The position numbers and the translations under genes were made by a program. DNA of 63,588 bases, the filler included, from Octopus bimaculoides (taxonomy: Eukaryota): assembly GCF_001194135.2 (NCBI RefSeq). It is 5 parts of 3 records of this genome, joined end to end, with 100 filler letters (N's around TTAATTAATTAA, not from the genome) between each part and the next. Parts side by side here need not be neighbours in the genome. Positions count along the whole stretch, not along the records: positions 1 to 27,357 come from NC_068987.1; 4 more parts are not named here. The stretch is one strand, 5' to 3'. Shown piece by piece: positions 12,471 to 25,743 of this stretch. The notes beneath the pieces are model-generated. The model was given only the letters and a program-made list of their open reading frames with translations. It did not search any database and was not told the DNA's origin. The first letter of the stretch is position 1. Every line of letters starts with the position of its first letter.

Positions 12471-12868
12471 CGTTTATCGTTTGACTGCGATCATGCTGGG
12501 ACACCATCATAAATGGTTTAAGTCGAATACATCGAACCCAGGACCTTTCTTTGAAAGCCTAGTACTCACGCTGTCGTACACTGTTGCCGAAACGTTAAGT
12601 TATAGGGACGTAAACACACCAACACCGCTTGTCAAGTTGTGGTGAGGGGACAACACGGAAACAAAGAGCGCACACACACACATACACAAGTACAGACACA
12701 CATGCACAACGGGTTTCTGTCAGTTTCCGCTTCCCAAATCCAATCACAACATCGGTAGGGTCGAGGCTATAGTAGAAGACAGTTGCCCAACGTTACACGG
12801 AGAGGGACTGGACCCGGAACCATGTAGTTGGGAAGTAAGCTTCTAATCAGAGAGACACGCCTGCGCCA
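12471..12868 (-). mobile_element. SINE family B copy, diverged
   Basis: Reverse complement of GGCGCAGG...TAAGAAGCTTACTTCCCAACTACATGGTTCCGGGTCCAGTCCC head through the TCAAACGATAAACG tail. Confidence 0.8.
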
Positions 12869-13272
12869 AAACATATTCATTTTCAAAATCCTCTAAGCCC
12901 TTCTCTAGACATAATATCTGATATAACAGTTAAACTAACCGATGTAATTTAATAAGTGTAAAAGATGTCTATAGTTTTCAACACAGAATTACATGTTCAG
13001 CTTCACTCCATCTCACTGTTTCATTTTTAATTGGTTTTAATTTAAATGTTGGGCTTGTCACTGCTGCGGTTTTTGTCTTTTTTTTTGTTTTTATTTTATA
13101 ACAGAACCAGTAATTTAGATAATGATTGTCCTCATCACTAAATGTGTAATTTTAATTAATTAAATTTCTTCGTTTAATGCAGCAAATATGTTAGCTTTAT
13201 GGCAAAAAAGGAAAAAGAACTGTCGAGAAGCACAGATAAGAAAAAAAACAACCAAAACGAATTACAGGCATC

Positions 13273-13273
<1 letters not shown>

Positions 13274-13346
<73 letters not shown>

Positions 13347-13441
13347 AAAAGTGTGGTAGAGAAGGTGGAAGTGTTGCTGATGAGTTTGATAGCAACAGTA
13401 ATTGTAGTGACTGTTGAGCAGTTGCAGCAGCAGCGGTTGTA

Positions 13442-13470
<29 letters not shown>
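13274..13470. repeat. (AGT)n microsatellite plus low-complexity trinucleotide region (continues to about 13900)
   Basis: Direct reading; explains the poly-S/V/T/Y ORFs. Confidence 0.95.
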
Positions 13471-13472
<2 letters not shown>

Positions 13473-14701
13473 ATGTTGTTGTTGAACACAAAAATAAAGT
13501 AAAAAAAAGAAGAAAAGAAAGAAGAGGATGGAGAGCAGGGGGGGGGAGGAGCTGTGAATGAAGAAATATAAACTTAAATAGATGAAAATCGGTGATAATG
13601 ATGATAATAGAAAGTGGAAGAATGGGGGACACGGTGAACAATCATAATAGTGATACCGTTGGTGCAACCGAGGATATTGATTATAATGATGTTAAGGATA
13701 AAGATGAGGAGGAGGAGGGTAATGGGAGACGAGAAGAGGGGGGTGAGAAGGAGTAAGAAGATCATGACAGTAAATTTGATGTTGATAGAAATGATGACGT
13801 TGATGGTGGTGATCATGTTAATGATAAAGTTGACCATGATGATAGTTGTGATTATAATGATATTGATAAGGATGGTCATTTTGTCGTCATCAATCGTTGA
13901 AACTATCAACCGTATATCTTGTGAACAGTAACATGTTCTATCATCAAATATCAAAGCCGTATTATTAATTCCATACTTTTAATTAATATCGAGACTCAAG
14001 CTGAAGTAAGATATAATTATTGGAACTGTTTCTCTTACCCTCCCTTCCGTTCGCTCTCTTTCTCCAGCGCACTCTCTATCTTTGCTTCACCGTCCTTCTT
14101 AAACAATTGCGCCCAGCTATCTATGTCTGGCGATAATGACCAAGCTACTTGTTAAAAGCAATCATCTCTAAATATGAGCATTCTTCTAAAGACGCCTATT
14201 TAAAACGTTAATAAGACGCCTTTCATTAAATCATTCATTGCCATCTCAAAGTAGCGAACATTATATATGTAGACTCACAAAGTTTGAAAAGTATTTTCTT
14301 ACGAATCTCTGTGTCTCTCACTAAATCCTCCTAATTTTTAGGGTAATGAAATCATATATAATCTGTATTACGAATTGAAGTTTCTTTCTTTGTATGTGAA
14401 ATGAAAGCTCTTCACTGTTGAAATATTGTTGATATTCAGTTGAAACCGATGAAGGATTTGTTCTTGTATGCGTATATTACGTGTGCTTCCTGTTATTATT
14501 TACGTGACCTTATGCCGGAGGTTTAGTATATTAACACACACACACACTCACTCACATATACGTACACACACACACACACACACACACCCACACACACACA
14601 CACACACACACATAAATAATATATATATATATGAATATATATTCCAAGAGAGTTAGAGGTTGTGAATCCAACACACTAAGGGATAATATCTATCCAATAC
14701 A

Positions 14702-14812
14702 CAAAATGAGGGGGTTACTTACGAGCTGAGATGTTACATGGTCAGTGACCGTTAGAAGGTTTGTTTACATAGAGTTACGACGGGGTCACTCGTAAGTAAC
14801 CCCATCATTTCG
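14702..14812. mobile_element. Small MITE-like element with ~24-bp terminal inverted repeats
   Basis: CAAAATGAGGGGGTTACTTACGAG (14702-14725) versus CTCGTAAGTAACCCCATCATTTCG (14789-14812). Confidence 0.55.
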
Positions 14813-15346
14813 TTTTTGTCTTGCTACTAAATATTTTATTATGTTCTCCCCGATGAGAAATAAGTGATAATTCCAGCTCCCCCTTTTTTGGGGAAATGGC
14901 CCCTTTTTTTGTGTGAAATGGCCCTCACTTGCTTCGAAACATATATGTAGGAGTTAAAGGAACTTTCATCGACATGCGTTTTGCTCCATTTGTTGTTATT
15001 ATCCATATATTCTCAAAATGTATCACGTTAACTCGGTATATCAACCTGAAAAACGGCTGGGATATCTTGTTTTTTAGTGCAATTTTGCTACCCATGGTAA
15101 CTATTAACGTATTCAAATTATCGAAAGTTTCAATAACTGAGATAATATTAATACACATAAAATATATACTATATATATATATATATATATATACATATAC
15201 ATGCNNNNNNNNNNNNNNNNNNNNNNNNNNNNNNNNNNNNNNNNNNNNNNNNNNNNNNNNNNNNNNNNNNNNNNNNNNNNNNNNNNNNNNNNNNNNNNNN
15301 NNNNNNNNNNNNNNNNNNNNNNNNNNNNNNNNNNNNNNNNNNNNNN

Positions 15347-15380
<34 letters not shown>

Positions 15381-16526
15381 TATATGCGTGTGTGTGTGTG
15401 TATATGTATGTATGTAAATATACATACATGGCTTTATGTACGTTTATGAAATCTGTTAATCTATCGAGTTATTATAAGTTTCAGAAAATCCAACATCAAA
15501 CTGAATATCAAATATCTCCTCTATAAACTGCTGTTGTAGCATTGAGCTCACACAGGAAGTTTTATTTATTTCGCTTCGGAAATTTCCAAGAAAATTTGGG
15601 GAAAACCCAATTCGTTAATTCAAATGACGGTCAAAATGATCTAACCGATAGAATACGTCGAGATGTTATGCCTCGTTAATATTTGGGGAAATTAAATTCT
15701 AAAAGTGAAATCAATGGTGCAACTGCGAGGGTATGCTAGACTCAATAATTGTCTGGTTTTATTTTTCAGTCATCGAAATATTTTCTCCACATGAGCAAAT
15801 AAAGTTTTAGTGCTCAAGTCTACTACATAGTTCGGTGTTTTTGAATGAAGGAGTAAATGAGTTAATAATCCTCATCTTCTACATAACCTTTCGGTCACGC
15901 ATACATGCAGACTCTGAGTGGCAACAAAGTTAGAATGTTTGTGTTTCTGCTTCATATAGGGTTGTTTGTGCGTTATAGAACTCACACACTTGGAAACGTG
16001 CTGGTGCAATACGTAAACAGTCAGTGGATATAGTTATTTTATGAAATGTAAAATTCTTCACTGTAAAAATTATATCTGCTGCATAGTCTCCTTTACTAAT
16101 AATTACAACAAAGTTCTTCGCGAGTAAATTAAGAAGTACTTTCCTATTAATATGGGCGTTTAATAAGATTATGTAAATCAACATATATTTCGACGCATTT
16201 TCTTTACTTGGAGTTCCTGCCATTACAATTATTATTTCATTTGCTCGCTTTTAAAGCGTCATTTGAATTAGGGATTGTGAGCAGTTTTCTTTTCAAAAGT
16301 CTTCTCGAATGCAAAATCTGTCATGCATACTATATATCACGAGGTATTTTGAACACTAAATATTTGACAAGAACTTCTGTTAATATAATTGAGATTTTCA
16401 CTTGGTTCATGCATTTCAGTTAGTACTGAAATGTAGCAATATCAATATAATATAATCGCCTTTGCTTATTATATGTTCGAGTGTACATCGGGATTTCTTA
16501 ATTAGAGTTTGTAATATTTTATATGT

Positions 16527-16840
16527 GGAGGCGCAATGGCCCAGTGTTTAGGGCAGTGGACTCGCGGTCGGAGGATCGCAGTTTCGATTGCAAGACCGAG
16601 CATTGTGTGTATTTATTGAGCGAAAACACCTAATGCTCCACGAGGCTCCGGCAGAGGGTGGTGGCGACCCCTCTTGTACTCTTTTGCCCCAACTTTCTCT
16701 CACTCTTTCTTCCAGTTTCTTGATTAACACTGCGATAGACTGGCGTCCCCTCCAGCTAGGGGAGACACATACCCCATAGAAACCGGGAAACCGGGCCCAT
16801 GAGCCTGGCCAGGTTTTAAAAGGGCGCATAATAAATAAAT
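16527..16840 (+). mobile_element. tRNA-derived SINE family C copy
   Basis: A-box-like TGGCCCAGTGTTTAGG, B-box-like GTTTCGATTGC, AAAAGGGCGCAT + (AATA)n tail, and TSD-like TAATATTTTAT on both sides. Confidence 0.88.
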
Positions 16841-19800
16841 AATATTTTATGTACATCTAAGAATTCTTTAATTATTATGATGTAAATTATATACATACCT
16901 ATTAAAGCTTTTACATGCTCAAGTAATACTATATTAAACATAGATTATTACACCAACTACTCAGGTAAAACTTATTCCTGTTGAATGTTGCGTGTATCAA
17001 ATTCTTTTGTTCAATCAGTCAAAAGCAGATGATGTTGTTATTGTAATTCCTCTGCTCTTTCAATGATGCTTTGTAGAATATACAACGCATTAGTTATTCA
17101 TTTTCTCTTAAAAATCATTCGCATTGCATTTTTGATACACAGGCATTTTGCAATAAGCTTCCTAAGGCTAGTTCTGCGCAGCTCACTTTCTCTTAACTTA
17201 GATTTTGAGAGATTTCTGCAAACGCTGATACAGACATTGCTATGTAATATCTGCTGATTCGTAGATATTAGACTTTTTATTTTGTAATAACCAACATCGT
17301 TTAGTAACAATCGTTTCTACAAGAATATTGCCTTGAGCAGAAGCTTTCCACATTTTAGCATAAACAACCTTATAGACAAAAAGGAAGCAGACCACATTAT
17401 TTTCATATTATTACAGTTATAATATCTATATTATAAATACTATATTGATAGAAGACGAGAGAATTTAGCAAATATTACATTTAATGTTTAATTTGATCTT
17501 GAATATAATTTAATAAACCGGCGATCCATATATTATATATTATAGCAAGCCGCACAATTTGTATTTCATATGATATTAACATATATTCAATAATTTTTAC
17601 TCACCCGTGAAAAAACTTTGAGACGTTTTATATCCATTTACATAACCATTTATATATCCGTTTTAAATAATTAGATAAAATATGCAATACATCGATGGAT
17701 GCTGTTGCTCGTTGTATAGAATTTCAATTTCTACAAGACTAGTAATTGCTAATAAGACTGATTTATAATTTTCGTGTTTAGGCTATTCCAGTGAAGGAAC
17801 TGAAAACCCTATAAACTGTATATAGTGGCAGGCACACACGGCCTTTTATTTGATTCATTAGAGGTACTTGAGCCCTGAGACGTTTACATGCTTGCAACAG
17901 TGCTGTGAACGTTACAAACAATCAAATGCAGTTCGTTATTATGTAGTGTATAATATTGTTTAGGTCACACAATCGAGGCAGCTATATATCGTTACAAAAT
18001 ATAAGCAAGTGAATACAAATGGTAACATCTGAATTTCGACAAATTTCCAACGCTGGTCCTATTTTACTTTAAGTTGCTCCAGTTGAATTATATCTGCAGT
18101 ATGGACAAACATTGACATGCACTGATGTTGTAACTGGTTCTGCTAATAATTGTAACCAAAATACGTTTCTAATTACATGCAACAGCTATAAAAAATAGAG
18201 ATATAATGAATACAGTATGAAGCACATTCATATGCTATGACTGAACAGAATATGCAGGACATTTCCCTTTGTGAATATGTCTTCTAAATCAGAGCTGCTT
18301 TGAGATTAAAGAATAATAACAATACATACTTGGTTATCTTTAACAAACATCATGCTTGTCGCATTCAGAACCACAGCACACAAGATTCTTACATGGATTG
18401 TGTGAGGATATTTTATAAATATATATAACAAATCACGCTAAAATTAAAGGCTATGTTCCAGATAAAATGTATTTATAAAATCATATTTATGGTGTAATTC
18501 TGGATGTAATATACCGCGCTGAAATGCATCTGATACTAGCTGGAATATTTTCATCGTAGGTTAGCACTATTAGATAAAAAAAAAATCTAGAATGCTCACA
18601 TGAACATGGTGCAATGCAATCAGACTTGTGCATCTATTGACGGTTATTCATTCTGCAACAAATAACAACCAAGTCATCGATATATCGCGTACTAGATTTT
18701 TATCATTTTGGAGAACATCGTTATATTTTAACTAAACTCAGGATATTCAACCCCTGTTATTCGCTGATCGTAACTTCAGTCTCAGACAACTGCACTTGTG
18801 GTAACAACCGCACCTCTAAATACAATTTTCTGGACTGGATGAATAAATAATACGTTTGGAAAAAGTTATTCACTACAAACGCTTAATCTCTATAAATTCA
18901 TGTTTTTCAAATAAATTTTAATATGTGCAATACTTGAATATGAGAAAAATCAGACAACTGTTATATATACAGGAATACAAATGCAGTGTGCTTTCATACA
19001 AATAATATAGCTTCTTGGAAAGCTTCGTTTACCAGACATCACCTGTACATTAAGTAGGTAAACTCCCCTACAAGAGTGTAAAATCCGAAGAGTTTTAGAC
19101 ATAAAGTGATATATCTCTCATAACTAAAGTTAAAATAGATATAGGACTGGAAGTTGACCTAAAATAATATTTTTGATAGTAAATTCTTAATCAAGCACTT
19201 TCCCAAACTACCGCCAGAAGACTGGTGAAAAATTTATCGATTTTTCAGTTGCATTCATATATTTCCGGTTCACATCTACACCACTAACTGTAAGTACATA
19301 TCAATGTAGATCTCTTACGATTCTCCCTTTCTTCCGCTAATAGCATTACGCACATTTTTTAAAGTGATTGTCTGTTAGAACACGACTTTATATCTTAGCG
19401 TAAATATTTGAAATACGTACGTGTATATATATNNNNNNNNNNNNNNNNNNNNNNNNNNNNNNNNNNNNNNNNNNNNNNNNNNNNNNNNNNNNNNNNNNNN
19501 NNNNNNNNNNNNNNNNNNNNNNNNNNNNNNNNNNNNNNNNNNNNNNNNNNNNNNNNNNNNNNNNNNNNNNNNNNNNNNNNNNNNNNNNNNNNNNNNNNNN
19601 NNNNNNNNNNNNNNNNNNNNNNNNNNNNNNNNNNNNNNNNNNNNNNNNNNNNNNNNNNNNNNNNNNNNNNNNNNNNNNNNNNNTATATATATATATAATA
19701 TACACACAGACACACAGACACACACACACACACACACATGCTTATTTATAAATATTGGCTTATGCAATTCCATCCAATTTTGAAAATTCGCGCATTATGC

Positions 19801-20991
19801 ATACATTGGTTCATTCTTACGTGTATACATACAAGCACACACACATATATATAGATACATACATATATATATAAACACATTCATATATAAAGAGATACAC
19901 ACTCACGAATAGACTACAACACCTTACATTTCGTAGAGGAACATTAATATCATATTAAACGCCATTATATATAGACAGTATTGAAGTTGCCTAAATAAAC
20001 AGTTTCTAAATACGAATGGTACATGAAAAACAACACTGACTAGTAAATGCATTTTTGTATCTAGGCATTAACATGATATCCAATTTCATTTTGCTCTCAC
20101 TTACACTTCAACCCCTCTCTTAGCAAACCAATGTTGCAAATGCCAGCAACTTACAGGGCTCAATTATTCTAAGTCATCTACATATACATATTTCGTAATG
20201 ACAGTAGCGTTCACGAAGGAAATTATTTCTATTTATATTATTATAAATCTTAGGATATATTTCAATACTGGAAACGCATATAGAAAAATTTCCAATACAA
20301 GAATGTTAATTACATGTTCAATAATTACGCCAATATTACAATTATATATATTTCCTTATCAATGATCCTTATCGCTTGCTTTGTTCTTCACAGTTTCGTT
20401 CCATTCACCTATTCGAATTAATGTTAGGTTTAGATAATTTTCAGAAAATTTAAATGAAATAGCATGTCTAAATAATATGCCACTCCCGTTCGCTAAGTTG
20501 AAGTTACCTATTCCTTTTGAAGAAATACACTTTATTCTTGGGAAACAATTGTTAATTTGTGTACCACAAGGTTAATGTACAGTAATTAATTAGTTTCTAC
20601 TTTGTCTAAACCAATAAATTTTTGTTTTACAGTAACATTTTTTTAATTCATCACTGCGGTGTTTTTCTAAATATTTATATCAGTTTGTGGCATAAACGTA
20701 AAATAGAACACTTAAAGCTTCCTTAGCTACTATATGACAGCTAGAAGGAAAGGAAAAAATCGTCTTCAGACAGGGATGTATCAATGATACTTTGAACAGA
20801 ATGATATCCACAACAACTACATAATGGCTTAGTCATAGTGGAATTAAATTATGCGACGAATGAAATATTTTTCCATGTTCCTTTCATTCTATGAAAATCA
20901 AGTCTAGATTATTCTCCTTCCCAAACATTTCAACTCAATAAAAATCATAAAATGTACGTCTAGCACTTAATGTATTCGTAAGGAGTTAGGT

Positions 20992-21100
20992 TATTTCTGG
21001 TCATGTAGATGTTCCAAATGTTTCGTATAAATATTTCTGTTCATGTAGATATTCCAAATGTTTCATATAAATATTTCTGATCATGTAGATATTCCAAATG
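20992..21100. repeat. 40-bp minisatellite, about 2.7 copies
   Basis: TATTTCTGNTCATGTAGATRTTCCAAATGTTTCRTATAAA starts at 20992, 21032 and 21072. Confidence 0.92.
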
Positions 21101-23559
21101 ATTCACAAATGTTCACGAAATATCAGCGTGTTTGGTGAACATACAACAAGCAACAGTATTTAAAATGTAAGAGATAAGGCATAATGTAAATCTTAGATAA
21201 TCACATGAAGAGGTCAGTGTTAAAAGTGATTATTTTCTATCGAATGCATTATTTGAACTACAATGCGTGGCTATGTTGATCACTGAGGGTGCATTCTCTC
21301 AGATAATCCAATCCAAGTTGTTGTTGGACCTTTGCCATAACATTCAATACCAAGTTTGAGTGATACTAATTTTTTCTCTATTTCCAACAAAATGATGGTA
21401 CAATAAGCACCTACGTAGAAACTACACCGCTCTTCCTTATCACTAAGCATACAACTCCATACTGCACGCGCCAGTAAAACCTTCTCATAAACTACCCCTT
21501 CCCTTTCACGGGTCTAAGAACTACATAGAACGTGCAGATCAAAAGTGAAATTACCAACGGATCCTTTCAACTAACAATGTATCTATCCAACAAATTTTTC
21601 CTGCTATTGCCTTAATAAATACGCTTATTGCTGTAGTTCCTTCCTTACAAAACTCTGTAATGTCCCTCCTTTATTACATCTTTCCCATCCCATTTACATC
21701 TATTCGCCTTGATCTTTGGAAACATAATACCCGATAGTATGTGAATTAAAGATTAAAGATAACCTCCTCAAAGACGTATAGTCTGTCCTTCCTTTTATAA
21801 CCAACGTGAAACAAGATAATACTACTAGTGTTTATGGGTTTTTACTCCTGTTATAACTGCAAACATCTAAAGAAACCACTCAAGTATTTTTTTCTTATTT
21901 TCGTTACTTACAATTTTAACGTTTAGCCCACATACTCCTGACTCTGCATCTTCTATCATGAATCATTGATACAAGCGTAGTTTATTCCTAAGAGTTGACT
22001 ACTTTTGTACCTTCCCGAAGTAGGAATTTCCGACTCGAAAAGTGGCACCACAACTAAACATAGCACGAATGTCTTCCTGACATAAAATCTGGCCTCCTTA
22101 TTTCTTTTCTAATCTGTGGTAAATGACACTAAATGTTACGGATGCAGCTTTTCTTCCACCAGCCGGCAACAAAAATATCGTTACAGTAATACGAATAGAA
22201 AATCAAAATAAATTAAGACGACTGTATGGAAAACTATAAAAATAGCAATATAAACGGAAATATATGTAATACGTCTACAGATAATGAACCTTTAGTAAAT
22301 CTGCCAATAATTAATTCAATAAAAGTGGATTTCAAAATGATAAATAATGTTGCAGGCCTGATTTTTCAGCAAACTTCTAAAGATAAAATCTCCGCATATA
22401 TAATGATTTCCTTCAAGAATATAGTAATTAATGTGGCTAGGAAATTCTTGTCTGAGAAGAAACCTCCTAACCAGCCACACGTAACTTAATATTGCAAGAA
22501 CAACAGAGTTAATTAGAGCTGAACAATAATGTATGTAGTTCCTAATGAGCAAACTAACAGCACAGCCAAGAATTTTACTGTATGTAGACAATTAAACAAA
22601 ATTACCCATTCAACGGCAAATGTTTAAACTAAGTAGTCCTATGCAATGCAAAATTGACATCACAAGCAAGTGGCGGAACTTAGAGGAAAGCTAAATCGAT
22701 ATGTAGGAATTCAAATAAAGAATCATTTCCGCAAAATCACGGCGACTCTACTTTAAATCTAGTCTAATATACATGTCACTATGCGTATCACTTGTTTATA
22801 AATGTTTATGCAAGTATTTCCCTATAATACACACCAAATTTTGTTAACATATTTCGCTTTGAATACTCTTTTGCGCAACTTGGTGTCACCAAAATATTCA
22901 GTATATGTAGCTCAAAATACTACTGAAGGCGCGTGGACTACCTATAAGATAATAGCGCTCACAATCGCTAGATCGTTAGGTCCAATCTCGAACAAGGTGG
23001 CGTGTTTTATTCTTGAGAATAACTTAATTTCACGTTGCTCTGAGGAGGGGAGAGTGATAAAATGGTGGGTCCACATTAGCGGGTATGTTTACGAAATAAA
23101 TTCTGGCTATCTACATTTTAAGTTCAAATCCCACCTGCTAGTAATCATGCTAGCTGAAGTTCCAGTAATCAAATTGACCGGGAGAGGGTACGGCTCCTCC
23201 CGGGTACTAAGCAGTGCAGATGAATATTCACGTGCACAGAGTCTGCTCAAGGGCAGACCAGCTATTGGCTAGGTGTGTGTTTGTGTGGTACATTTCAGCA
23301 AGCGACGCTGAATATATATTATATAATATTATTTTCGTTCAGTGAACATGGTTGAAGAGAATGCTATCTTAGTAGTTGTTTTAGCTTGGCTTAGGTCCTC
23401 AACTACTTCATTGAATCGTGTGTGTGTCGTGGTGACATGCAGTGTAGTTTGGAAAATTCTTAGACGTAGTTGAGCTCATCTTTCTCGTTTGGCAATAGCC
23501 TATTTCTTACAAAATGCAGAATGGTTGAACGAGAGCGAGACAAAAGCATAAGAATTAAC

Positions 23560-23710
23560 CCTAGTATAGATACAGGGCCCAATATTTTATTTACCGACCT
23601 TATAAGGCAGTTGACCTCGGAATGAGAGTACTAATTACAGGAAAGACTGATACAAAACTCGGCGTTATTTGAACTCAGAATGTACAGTACAAACAATCAA
23701 TACCACAAAG
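23560..23710 (-). mobile_element. SINE family A fragment, diverged
   Basis: TTTTATTTACCGACC...AGGCAGTTGACCTCGGAATG...TTTGAACTCAGAATGTA matches the reverse complement of family A. Confidence 0.5.
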
Positions 23711-25179
23711 CTGCCGATCTTACGATTCAGTGAATTGACTGCTTTCATCGTCAGTTTAAAGTATTACACATATATTTATCATTTTTATTTATTATACTTG
23801 ATTTTCCACCATCCAAATGTCACGAAAAATTAAAATATTTCAGAAATACTAAACATAAGATCGAATTCGTGGTTAACTTATCACTTTAAAACTTCCGTGA
23901 TGAATCATTAATTCCGTTCGTTTAGTTGAGCTGAACAGAGTTAATTCCAGATTAAATGTAATACGTTCGCTAGTAATCTTCATGATGTGGATGTTGATAT
24001 GTTTTATAGACAAAGGAATAAGCTTCCGGACTGTCGTGACTAGGAAATGGTTACGCTTCTCTATCGAGGTAAGATAATTACTGTTAGACACCAATAATTG
24101 GCATGAAAATGGCACGATAACACGCAATGCCATTTCTTATCACTCAAAGCTGCTGCTTCTATTCTAAATTACAAGAATTCATACCACTGAAGCAAATCTT
24201 TGTTTTACGTTGCGTTGATCGTTTGATACGTAATCCTTATTCTGAGAAGATATTAAACAACGTCACTTGCCTTCACCACTGAAAGGCAGTGAAACGCAAG
24301 ACCATTTCTCAGTCTTATGCTGAGATTGCTGATATATGAAAATCATAATGTTAACATAAGATTAAATGGACGGTGTGGTTTTAAGTTTTTGTCGTCAATA
24401 AATAGGATAAAACCAAAAGGAGACACCTCGCGTTGTTTAGTGTAGTGGTATATTTTAACTCTAATATTTTCAAGTGTTTTGTAAAGTAATTTGTAATTCA
24501 TAAGCGGTGATTCATAATTACTCAATAAATATGAAATATATCCATCTACGCAGGAGACAGCAGTAAATAACCTTCTGAACTTTCATGCTAAGTAAGCTAT
24601 TTCAATTGATTATAAGCTTCTTGCACACTTAGTATAGATGTACATTCAATCACTGATTGAATTATTTCCTTTTTTTATATCCACGATTTTTGGTTGTGCT
24701 AAACACTCGCAGAAAGCACAAATATCGGAAGCTTTGCTTGTTCGTAGTACATTACACACACACGGAGGGTGTTGTACCGAGCTAATAGCTGTTAAAAGGA
24801 CTTATATTTTGAGATCCCTTCCTCCTATTCAGAATCTCTTAGTTGTGCCAATAAATGTTGCATTTTAACACAATTACAGGCATTGTGCTGTTCGTACCTA
24901 CCCAATATATCCTGAAAGATGACCTCGTTGTTAACCAAGCATTTTCGACAAGAAATAGAAACAATGAAGAGGATTAAATAGGAAGAGAATATAAATTTGA
25001 CTGAATTAGATCAGCAGACCAGACGTATTGCACTTTTCTTTAGTCTGTTCGATGTAACTATCAAATTTGAAATGCATTTATCTGCGAACGATAAAATAAA
25101 CGGAGTTTGTCAACTAAACTTCTTTACTAAATTAATCAGATAGCAGTCTGGGCGGGCCATTCAAGTGTTGAGTCTCACA

Positions 25180-25743
25180 GGATCTTTTTTAAAACGGGGG
25201 CCACATTTTTCATTAACGAAACACTTTGAAACTTGAAACACTGGTAGAATGTGTTATATAAAACATCTTTTTCTCTTAGTCTTCTTTAAAAAAAAAAGAA
25301 ATCCATAAGTTATTCCATGTTAAAGTTGTCGTATTTCTGTAATTTCAACCAATCACTGACGTCCATTCAGCCGATATACATTAAGTGCCGACTACATAAA
25401 CAAACGATTCTGAAACAATTAACCCTAACCCTAGGTTAGGGTTAGGGTTAAAGCAAATTTAAAATGAAAAAAGCAAATAAAACGAAGGTATGGAGATTAA
25501 ATACGCTTTACATCGCTTAATCAGCCAAAGGAATAAATGTAAACAACTGAATACTTGTCAGTGATTGGTTGAAATTATCGAAATAAGACAATTTTTTACA
25601 TGAAATAAATTCGAATACAAAAATATTTTTTCTGTTCTATAACACAAAATAGATAAGTATACGAAGTTTGAAAATCTTTCCGTACTAAAAAACTCCACGT
25701 GAAACATTAATGAAAAATGTGGCCCCCGTTTTAAAATAGATCC
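25180..25743. mobile_element. Non-autonomous foldback DNA transposon (MITE) with 8-bp TSD GTCTCACA
   Basis: 37-bp TIR GGATCT(T/A)TTTTAAAACGGGGGCCACATTTTTCATTAA with 1 mismatch. GTCTCACA at 25172-25179 and 25744-25751. An internal inverted repeat (ATTTCAACCAATCACTGAC / GTCAGTGATTGGTTGAAAT) is also present. Confidence 0.9.

Noticed and set aside
13174-13954. Poly-Ser/Val/Thr/Leu/Tyr ORFs on both strands
   Set aside because: Translations of trinucleotide repeats; no splice or homology support.
16527-16600. tRNA gene calls at SINE heads (also 38166, 44900-44974, 57763, 60426)
   Set aside because: A/B-box-like heads continue into SINE bodies and tails; I could not fold a complete cloverleaf.
20992-21100. 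CRISPR-like interpretation of the 40-bp repeat
   Set aside because: Units are contiguous with no unique spacers, the context is eukaryotic, and no cas genes are present.
23040-23100. CTGAGGA...GAAA; also CTGATGA near 42770, 43326 and 58898
   Set aside because: No supporting stem I/III pairing or NUH site in register.
22226-23272. ORFs of 87 aa (22226-22489) and 156 aa (22802-23272)
   Set aside because: No recognisable domain, AT-rich composition and no convincing splice signals; lengths are compatible with chance.
24010-24068. Resemblance of ISFRTVVT to GRIP1 PDZ2 start VIFRTVEVT
   Set aside because: The following residues do not match the PDZ carboxylate-binding loop; treated as coincidence and kept only as a weak exon candidate.
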